Shown piece by piece: positions 1 to 8,900 of a stretch of 29,607 nucleotides of DNA. How positions within the stretch are numbered: position 1 is the first letter of the stretch; every line of letters begins with the position of its first letter. The notes beneath the pieces were generated by a model. The model had not been told where the DNA came from. It was given only the letters and a program-made list of their open reading frames with translations, and did not search any database. Source of the DNA: Rickettsiaceae bacterium (GTDB lineage Bacteria; Pseudomonadota; Alphaproteobacteria; Rickettsiales; Rickettsiaceae); contig JAGOJE010000001.1 of the NCBI GenBank assembly GCA_017995275.1, positions 1-29,607 of the forward strand, in the 5' to 3' direction. The position numbers and the translations under genes were made by a program.

Positions 1-646
1 TGCTTACAACATCCAGCTTTGCATCCGGGCTTGAATTGCCTATGCCTACGTTGCCGGTATTGTAATATATGTCGCTGCCCGTAGTTGTCCATTGGGATGA
101 TCCTCCAGAATAATTAGGAACATTTAATACTCCTGTTCCTGAATTGTAAGTAGCAACCCCACTCGTTCCTGTAGTTGTTAAGCTAATAGCACTTCTTGCT
201 GCTGAATTAAAATCCTGCCAAGTTTTATCACCTCTCCAATATTGTGCTGTAGTTCCAGGGGTAATTGCCGGCTCAGTACCACTAGAGCTTCCACCTATAA
301 TATCCCAGCAACTTGTAGTAGAATTATATTTAGCTATGTAATAAACATTAGCAACAAGATCGCCCGATACCAATGCCGATCCATTTTTCTTAATACTTCT
401 TGCCGTCCATCCATTTAATTTTAATGTAGAGGCTCCTGTATTAGAAATGGCAGGCATCATACCTATTTCAATGCCGTCTTTTTCTAAAGGAGGAATAAAA
501 CATTTAGAATCAGTAATAGCCATAGAATAACTATTCGTACCAAGAGCGGTCCCTTTTGCACACGTAACTACCGATTGATCAATCTGCGCCTTTGCAAAAA
601 CAAAAGCAAATAAAAAAGTTATTAATAAATATGCTTTTGTTTTCAT
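1..646 (-). CDS. Tail fibre/adhesin-like protein with N-terminal signal peptide (3' end outside the window; not in the ORF track)
   Basis: Manual translation from ATG at 646, open to the window edge: [32 protein letters not shown]...[35 protein letters not shown]...[16 protein letters not shown]...[37 protein letters not shown]...[13 protein letters not shown] and GNVGIGxxxP are motifs I recognise from phage fibre proteins. Confidence 0.8.
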   Translation of the reverse strand, partial: MKTKAYLLITFLFAFVFAKAQIDQSVVTCAKGTALGTNSYSMAITDSKCFIPPLEKDGIEIGMMPAISNTGASTLKLNGWTARSIKKNGSALVSGDLVANVYYIAKYNSTTSCWDIIGGSSSGTEPAITPGTTAQYWRGDKTWQDFNSAARSAISLTTTGTSGVATYNSGTGVLNVPNYSGGSSQWTTTGSDIYYNTGNVGIGNSSPDAKLDVVS

Positions 647-650
647 ATAA

Positions 651-1250
651 TCAAGAGTTGTCATTATAGTTTAGTGTGACCTTCCAAATGCCTGTAGTTA
701 TTGTATTCCAGTTCACTGTTGGAGTAAGGCTGAAATAAACCCCGGAAGCTGTAGATATAGGAGATACCATAGCGCTCATAGACGATATTAGTCCTGCCGT
801 TTTAACATCATTCATTGGGAAATACTCATCCGTACCACTCGATCTTCCTGATTCACAATAAGCGGAACCACTATCAATTGATTTAAGACATTCTATTTGT
901 ACAGATGTTATAAGAGCCTTGCCAGGTATGAGTGCAGCATCAGCCTTCATTAGTATAGACTGCTTATTCATATTGGCCGCAGAAGTGAAAAAATGATCTA
1001 CCGTAACTCCCGACATAGAATCTCCGGATATAGCTAACACGGCCGAAACCTTTCTTACCGGCATAGAACCAATCGTAGATGAGAGGCTATCAACCGTTGT
1101 GTTCAACGTATAAATCTGCTCCATGAGCAACTTTAGATCGTTGACTATTTTTTCTCTTATATATTTATTATCAGGAGTATCAGACCCTGGCAGTTTAAAC
1201 ATCTCTGTGCTTCTCAGCTTATTAATCAACTCCTGAAGGGTAGTAGGCAT
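651..1250 (-). CDS. Hypothetical protein, probably virion (fibre/appendage-associated)
   Basis: 199-aa ORF with a helical/coiled-coil-like N-terminus ([23 protein letters not shown]) and a Ser/Thr-rich beta-type C-terminus. It ends 4 nt before the fibre ATG. Confidence 0.7.
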   Translation of the reverse strand: MPTTLQELINKLRSTEMFKLPGSDTPDNKYIREKIVNDLKLLMEQIYTLNTTVDSLSSTIGSMPVRKVSAVLAISGDSMSGVTVDHFFTSAANMNKQSILMKADAALIPGKALITSVQIECLKSIDSGSAYCESGRSSGTDEYFPMNDVKTAGLISSMSAMVSPISTASGVYFSLTPTVNWNTITTGIWKVTLNYNDNS

Positions 1251-1278
1251 GATATACTTTTCTTAGTGTGATATTTTT

Positions 1279-1286
1279 CAAAAGTA
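1279..1286 (-). promoter_or_regulatory. Bacteroidota sigma-A-type -7 box (TACTTTTG) for the leftward fibre operon
   Basis: Matches TAnnTTTG on the minus strand, 28 nt upstream of the ATG at 1250. Confidence 0.65.
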
Positions 1287-1328
1287 TATCAGATGTTAAT
1301 AATGTTTGTTACAAAAAAACATAACAAT
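1279..1328. repeat. Dispersed intergenic regulatory repeat, copy 1
   Basis: 1279-1323 aligns ungapped to 25533-25577 with 39/45 identities, followed by CAAT after a 1-nt indel. Confidence 0.85.
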
Positions 1329-1346
1329 TAAACATTTTGTATATTT

Positions 1347-1354
1347 TACATTTG
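1347..1354 (+). promoter_or_regulatory. Bacteroidota -7 box (TACATTTG) for the rightward three-gene cassette
   Basis: Matches TAnnTTTG, 20 nt upstream of the ATG at 1375. Confidence 0.65.
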
Positions 1355-1374
1355 TATTATTTATCTGATTAATC

Positions 1375-1944
1375 ATGAGCCTTATCATTAAAACCACAAC
1401 TTCAAATTCAAGTATATGTGAAAAAATAAATATCAAAGAAGATACAGGTGCTTACAGTGCTACTAATCAAGGTGGATATGGAGTTCCAAATCCATTAACA
1501 TCACACGTACAAACAGCTAAAATTTATATATCAAAAAGAGATTCTACAGGAATATTTTCAACAGAAACAGAGATAGATGCTTTCGGCACTTTTCCTTCAG
1601 ATTCAGGAGCTAATTTTGAAGTAGATTCTACTCTATACAGTCCCGGATTTTCAGACGGCATTTATAAAATAAGATATGTAGTTACGGGAGTAGATGGAAG
1701 TTCTAATGCATTCTCCTATGAATCCATAGAGTATGTTGTTATGCAGTGCTCTATAGATTGCTGCTGGCAAAAATTATCACTTGAAGTAGTTACTTGCTGT
1801 ACGCCTGAAATAAAAGATAAACATAGAAGAATCGGAGTTTTGATGAGAGCATTAGAAGCCTCTAAATATGGAAATGAATTAGATAATATTCAAAAAATAA
1901 TAGACGAAATTACAAGTATCTGCAATTGCAGTTGCGGATGTTAA
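1375..1944 (+). CDS. Cys-rich virion protein, putative tail hub/collar (fibre attachment) subunit
   Basis: 189 aa, 10 Cys. DTGAYSATNQGGYGVPNP motif near the N-terminus and a helical C-terminus ending ICNCSCGC, a pattern I associate with crAss-like tail-associated proteins. The hub role is inference. Confidence 0.55.
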   Translation: MSLIIKTTTSNSSICEKINIKEDTGAYSATNQGGYGVPNPLTSHVQTAKIYISKRDSTGIFSTETEIDAFGTFPSDSGANFEVDSTLYSPGFSDGIYKIRYVVTGVDGSSNAFSYESIEYVVMQCSIDCCWQKLSLEVVTCCTPEIKDKHRRIGVLMRALEASKYGNELDNIQKIIDEITSICNCSCGC

Positions 1945-1955
1945 TACAAAAAAAA

Positions 1956-2387
1956 ATGGGAAACACTTCATTGAAAGTTCCAACGGGACCAAGAGGGCTA
2001 AAAGGAGAACCGTCATGCCTGGTTGTTCCTATTACCGCAAACGCTTCTCACACACTTGCTTCTTATCAAACAGTAGGAAGCATAGTAATAGGCAACGATA
2101 CCAACTCACCTTTTACGGCAGCAGCTTTTGGGATATATGTAGAATCAGGAAGCACGGGAAGTGTAAAAATATTACACATAGATTCTAATGGAGTAAGCAC
2201 AACTCTATACGAGAACACAAACATTACTTCAGTCAATCAATACAACGTTGAAAAAGCAACTAAGTATCTAAGCAATCCGTTAAGTATTGTGTCTAACCTT
2301 GGAACAGTATATATTCAAACATTGAATCAAACTGCCGGAAAATATATTAAAATATCAGGCTGCACTTTATATTACCAATTCAAATGA
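1956..2387 (+). CDS. Hypothetical virion protein with a short collagen-like triplet (GPR-GLK-GEP)
   Basis: The track starts at 1926, overlapping the previous gene. The in-frame ATG at 1956, after an A-rich leader, is more plausible (143 aa). Beta-rich body; ATGA overlap with the next gene. Confidence 0.6.
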   Translation: MGNTSLKVPTGPRGLKGEPSCLVVPITANASHTLASYQTVGSIVIGNDTNSPFTAAAFGIYVESGSTGSVKILHIDSNGVSTTLYENTNITSVNQYNVEKATKYLSNPLSIVSNLGTVYIQTLNQTAGKYIKISGCTLYYQFK

Positions 2388-2995
2388 TTTTTGTAGCTGA
2401 ATCTTTAACTCGTTTTGAACTTATTCAGCATTTGAGATATGCTAATCAAATGGCTGTAGAGAAAATAGTTTCCTACATAGACAAAATGAAGGATGGAGAA
2501 ATGGATGAGAAGTTATTTGATGATGCAGAATTGTTATTTAATCTTATAGATAGTATAAAAGAAATTACTCCTATAGGAGATATGATAGATGGAATACATG
2601 CAAGTGCCAGATTTACTATGTGGTCCGGATTGAATGCAAGGATTGATTCTATAAAAATTAATAACATAGACTATCCGTCTATGTACATGCCCCCTGCCAT
2701 TAACCACACACAATCTGCCCTGGCAGAAGCCTTTTCACTTCATATAAATTCTTTTTATCCACAGAATCCATATTATGCAATTGCTGAAAAAGACGATATA
2801 ATTATATACGGAGTACAGTACAATAATGATAATGGAGCCGCCGTATCTTTTCATATAAATCTACCCGGCATAGGTGGTTCTTTTTCAGGAACATTAGACG
2901 GAGGAGTTGATGGAGAAGAGCAGGAGAGTAACTGCTTAACTAACGCCAACCTTGTTCTCATCCTTAATAAGATTACTTCTCTGATTGATTGTTAA
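2384..2995 (+). CDS. Putative tail hub/collar subunit with an inserted beta domain
   Basis: 203 aa. Helical N-terminus and C-terminal NCLTNANLVLILNKITSLIDC flank a central beta-rich segment ending GGVDG. Overlaps the convergent 2052-aa gene by 23 nt. Confidence 0.5.
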   Translation: MIFVAESLTRFELIQHLRYANQMAVEKIVSYIDKMKDGEMDEKLFDDAELLFNLIDSIKEITPIGDMIDGIHASARFTMWSGLNARIDSIKINNIDYPSMYMPPAINHTQSALAEAFSLHINSFYPQNPYYAIAEKDDIIIYGVQYNNDNGAAVSFHINLPGIGGSFSGTLDGGVDGEEQESNCLTNANLVLILNKITSLIDC

Positions 2996-5900
2996 CAGAC
3001 TTTTGCTGAACAACCTTTCTTCTTTTTATCATTTTATTTTCCATAGAAGGCTCATTAGCACCGGTAGCATAAGGCAACAATACGCTTTCAAATCCCCTTT
3101 CAGCATCCTTGTTATCAGATGTTTTATAAACGTCAAGATCGTCTGAAAGAAATGGAATATCTTTTTCAAGAGATTCAAAAAATCCATTTGCCTTTCTATA
3201 TTTTTTATCTTTCCATTTATTGATATATCCTATCAATCCCTGATATGGAATTAATTGTTTAGAAGAAAAGCCTATTTGATTCATTAAAGTATAATCCCCC
3301 TCTCCATCTAATACTTTAAACATGCCCCCCACATTGGCTAATGGTGTTGTTTCTAATATAAACTTGCCCATTCCATAGGTAGCCTTTCCTAATGCATCTA
3401 ATGCATTATTGTTTAACGCCTCTTTAGAATCTTTAAAGTGATGCTTATAAGCAGCCGGTATCGCCATGGACAACCCGAAGGGTCCAAAGTATTGCATAGG
3501 CACCCAGGTATCCCCTATTCTAACGCTATATGGTTTCCTTCCTGAATCATAAAATAAAGCCCTCTCCTTTTTATCTTCCGGGGCCGACCATGTTGTTTTA
3601 TCTGTAGCCGCCATCATGGCTCCTATTCCCATGGCTACGGATCCTAATGTAGCCCTTGCTATTTTTTGTTTACTGAATTTACCACCGGCAAAACCCAATG
3701 GAGAGAATTCAAGAGCGAATTGTGTAGCCCTCATGGGGGTCATTACAAAAGGGACAAACCAAGATGTTCCATACCCTACCCAATCCTTTCTGCTCCTCCA
3801 CTTATTAATAGCTTCGGCACCATTTTCTAACCCCTTAGAAAATACATCCATTTCCTCTTTATTCAGCAACGCTCTGTTTCTATATAAGAATTTTTCTGAT
3901 AATGATTTTGCTTTATTATTCGCCTCTTTCTCAGACATCCCTTTATCCATCAATCTTGTTTTTTCTGCCTGCCCAAGCATGGTGCTTATAAAAACATCCT
4001 CCGATTCCATAAGTCTTGTTGGCGCTGAATATTTGCGTAACGTTTTAGAACGCCTGAAATCTTCAATCATTCCTTTAGGCTCCCCTACATCAAGTATGCG
4101 GTCCGCCACATATCCTTTCTTAAATGATTCTTTAGCAGCCATCCATGCATTAGGGATATTGGTCAATGCACTCACTATATGCTTTGGTGCATCTGCTAAT
4201 TGATATTCCCTGGCAGAAGGGTTGTCAGGATGCTTTGTATAATCATATACAGAACCTGCAAACATATCTAATGGCCTGGTTAAAAATGTATTAAATAGTC
4301 CTTGATAAATATTTCTGGCATGAGACAAAGGATTCGATAGCATGTTATTGTATCTAAACGCATCAAACTTCTCTTTAAATGTAGGAGGGATTTGATCAGC
4401 AATATAGTTGAGCACTCCCATAGTAGCCTCTGTCTTATCAACTCCTTCAGGCATCTTGCCTATATCCGACATCTTTTTAAATATGGTCTTTTTTACTTCC
4501 TTTGGCAAATCTTGCTTATTAACCTCATTCATCATCTTATCGGACATCTTAACGATTGTTTCCGGAGATAGCTTATTCCACAGCGTAAAGGCCTGTATGC
4601 CCTGCCCTGCTTTTTTACCCATAGTAGTCAGGTGGTCTACTATCTTAACAGCCTCCTCCCAATTACCTAAAGATTCATGATGTTTTATTAATCGTATGCC
4701 CTTAACGGCTACATTGGCATCTAACCCTTTGGCTTCAAATACATCTTTTTCAGCTTGTGTAATATTCGCTTTTATATCTCTATCCGCTTTGGCAATACTC
4801 TCTTTGTTTGATATGCCTTCATAGAATTGATCCAACTCTTTTGTAGCACCTTTAAGTTCTTCAGTAGTCTTGTCACTTCCTAATACAGTTTGTATAAATT
4901 TTCTTTTTTTACTTTCTTTAGAATCATCTATGTACTCATCTGCTTTTGTTTTAGCATTTTCAAAAGTCAACTTCTCTCCCCCTATTTTTTCTTCAATATC
5001 TGCAAGGAAAGTACTTTCATTAAAGTCGGGCTCACCCGATAATTGTTTATAAAGCCTGGTATTCCTGATGTTGTCAATTACCTTATTCTTTTCTAACTCT
5101 TTATTATCAGAATCCTTTATTGCTTCTTTAATAGAATTGACAGTATGATCTAATAATTTGTTATACGATTCAGGACTGGTAGCTTGAGAGTACGCCCCTG
5201 CATCCGCAAATGACAATATCTGCTCCGCAGGTCCTATCTCTTGTGTATTGCTGAAAGGACGATTTGCTTTTTCTTCATTTGTAAGATCAAGTCTATAGGC
5301 GGCATTTCTCGCTTGCACCTCTCCTGAAAGTTTTCTATATAGCTCATATTTTATCTGATCTTCAGATAAACCCTTATTAAGCAAACCATGTTTTTGTGCT
5401 AATTCTTTATATAATTCAGGATCGAAATTATATGGAGTACCTCCTTTTGCAAAGCCTTCTTTATCTTGAACAATATGTTCTAATTCGTGAGTAAATAATC
5501 GTCTAACCCCACGCAGATTATTTGTTCTTCCGAGGATGTCTCCCTCACCCACTTTGGAGAAATTGGTTTGAAACTTTGCTGTATTGATTTGAATTGTTTC
5601 TTTGTTAGAAGCCCTTTCTTTGATGTAGACCGCTTCTTCGTTTTTGTTTTTTTCATCAAATATGAATTTAATGTTTACATTTTTTATTTCAGGATATGCC
5701 TTATACAAATCTTCCGCATCAAACAAATCAGTTATATTGTAATCTTTCCCATCCGGATTTAACATCAAATGTACAACATTATGTATATTTTTAAAATCAC
5801 CGTCAGGCAATTCGTAGTTCCAACTCCCGTCTGTACCCCTTTCCCACCCTGTTGCTAAAAATATTTTACGGCTGCCAACACCTGTTGATTCCATAACCTT

Positions 5901-8900
5901 TGCTATTCCTAATTTAGCAGCAGCACCATTCTCTGTCTTATCATTAACGCCTTCTATCTTATTGAAAATATTCTCTGCATCTTTATTGGTAAATACGATT
6001 TTAAATTCATCATACATATCCTTGATGAATTTCTCAACAGTATAAGCACCTAATTCTATTTGTGCTTTTGCGTATTTGTAAGTAGCATCTAAAACACGTA
6101 AATCTGTCTTAGCGCTTTCCCACGCCCCTTTCTTTCCGGCAATAATGCCAAGTTTTTGTTGCTCATTCCACCATTCATTGCTGGCAGTCCTTAGCTCTTC
6201 TCTTGCTGTTTTTGCTCTTTCTCTGATGGCTTGTCCTTCATCTTTGACTTCAGCCGCTCCCACAGGTTCGCTTTCCAAAGGAGTTGTTTGGCTTTGAGCA
6301 TCGCCTGCTCTTTCTCTTTCTGTAGTTTCATCAAGATATGTTTTTATTCTGTTAATCTCTTCCGGTGTATACAGCCAGTCATTCTCTTTAACGAATGTAT
6401 CAAAATTATCTTTATTTATTCCCTCGTTATTAATAACTGATGCTGTATGATCTTTAATATTATTCGCTTTCTCTATGTCCATGGCCTCTAGCTCTTCCGG
6501 CATAGGCTTCTCCTTTACAGCCTTAAAATATTCATCCAGTGGTATTCCGCTTCGTACAGTATTGCCACCTCTTCCTATAATTGTATTGATCTCCCCTTTA
6601 TCCTGAATATCCTTTGCCGCTTCAATTATTTTACGTGCCGGAACTGAATTAACTCCTTTCTTAATATCATTCAGCCCTTTTGTTATTTCTGCGGTACTCA
6701 AGCTCAGGTCCGCCCTCCAGTCCAATATTTGTCCGGCAGAATTAAACAGTCCGCTATCAATTAATTCATTTGCAAAATCTATGGTAGGTTTCTCATAAAC
6801 ATCATCAATAGCCTTTCTCTTCTCAACAGGTATTTCACTATTCTTATATAACGACCCACCAGACAACTCTTGTGTATTACCCTTTGGCAAGGCACTATTT
6901 TCTATAGGAGGATTAGCCGGTTCATCAAAAACAGATCGTTCACTTTCCACCCTGGCAGGCTCTTTTTTTATTTTTAACGCCTCCAACTCCTTAAACTGTT
7001 CATCCGTCATAAAATCAGGATCCATAGAACTGAGCTCATCAAATCTTTTTTTCTCTTCTATACTTAACTCCTTAACATTTATTTCCCCTATCTTAACCTT
7101 GTCAAAATATTTAGCCATAGCACTTTTGCTGATTGGCATACCCCTGTCATTCATGTCTGATATTACCTTATCGGTAGGCACTTCATCAATAATTTCTTTC
7201 AGATCGGGGCGTATACTCTTTAGTGATTCTTTTATGCTATATGCTTTTTGATTTATAAGCTCAGCAGAACTAGCACCGGTTCCGTCCGATATTCCTCCAG
7301 CCTCTTCAACTTTATTAAGATTTACTTCAAGTCCATTTTTCTCTGCAATATCATATACAGCCTCATCATCTAACATACTCCCCGCCTCTACTATCGTAGA
7401 TACGTCTTTTTGAGTAAGGCCCTTTTTGTCTTTTATTTTCTTTATAAGATCCTTTGCGTACTTTATACCTCTTCCAGAAGCAAATACAAGAAAGTCTTGC
7501 AATATATTATCTATCACCTCTGCGCCTAACTTACCCGCCTCTCCTTTTGGTTTGAATAAAGAATTCATAGGGGTTAGCAATTGGTTGACAATCTCTTCTC
7601 CTCCGAGGGCAACACCGGATAGTTGCATCCCTTTCTGAAATAGTATGCCCTGTGGTGTAAAATTCATTATTATGCCACCGGCAGATTCAAGAAGCCCTGC
7701 TGCTGATTTTAAGAATCCGAGCCCTACTTGAGAAAAACCTTCTTTGGGATCTACGAGTGACCTTTCCGCCCCTTGCGCTATATCTTTAAAACCATTACCG
7801 GTTCTTGACAATCCTTCTTTAATCGTTTCTCCTGCTTTACCAACGTATTCTTTTGCCGAATCTATGGGATGACTAACAACAGCGCTATAGTCTAATGGCT
7901 TTAACAGTTCATCCATAGCCTCTCCAATAGCCAAACCTCTTTCAAGCCCTTTTAGTTCTGCACTTGCAAGAGAGGGGCTTTCCCACATCTTTTGCTCCTG
8001 CTCTGTAAGCGGTTCCCCTTTTTGTATTTTAGGTAATATACTTTCACGTATATGTTTCTCCTGTTCTATAGCCGCTTTTTTATTCTCCTTGGCAAGTTTT
8101 AAATAGTTTTCCGTTTCTGCATCTGCCTGTTCCTTAAAATATTCCTTATCAATTGTTTTATCATCTTGCCCATCTTTATTATCCAGAAGGTCAATATACT
8201 TCTGAGCAATATCTTTGTCCTGGCTTCTTTCCAAATTTCTCCATGTCTGAACCCTTTTTAATGTCGCCTCCTGCATTAAGTTTTTATCTCCACTTAATTC
8301 TGCCATCTTGTAAGCAGTTTCGTAATCTTTTAAAGCAGAAACATCATCCTTAACTCTTAGCTTATATGTGCCTCTGTTTAAGTATAATGAAGCATCGGTA
8401 GGATTATTTTCAATACCACGATCCAAAGCATCAATAGCCATAAAGTTATTTCCGGAAGTTCCGTATACATACGCTATTCCATTATAAGCATTAGTGTAAT
8501 TTTTATCATTGGCAATGATGCTCTCATAATTAGCTAAGGCCTCTTTATTATTACCCATCCTGTTTTGGTGATAGGCTAAAGAATAACGGGAATCAATATC
8601 TGCTGGATTCTCTTTAAGTTTTTTGCTTACAAGCATTACCTGCCTGGCATTGTTAAATACATCTTCCAGCTTATCTTTTATAACCCCTTCTTCCTGCACA
8701 CTAACTTTCCTTTCTCTTAAAAGTTTTTGGTAAAAATCATTCCTGCTTTTATCTGCCGCAAGATCGAATAGAGATGGGTCATTAGCCCATGAAGTAAATA
8801 ATGGGGTAGCTTCTTTAACCACTTTATCTACAGAGTTTTCAGGAGCATCATTATCGGGAAGTGGTACTTTTTTAATAACCCTTAACGCTTTTTGCTTATA

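Noticed and set aside
1926-1956. Possible -1 frameshift fusing the 189-aa and 153-aa ORFs
   Set aside because: No slippery heptamer precedes the stop at 1944. The A9 run lies after the stop and is better explained as the A-rich leader of the ATG at 1956.
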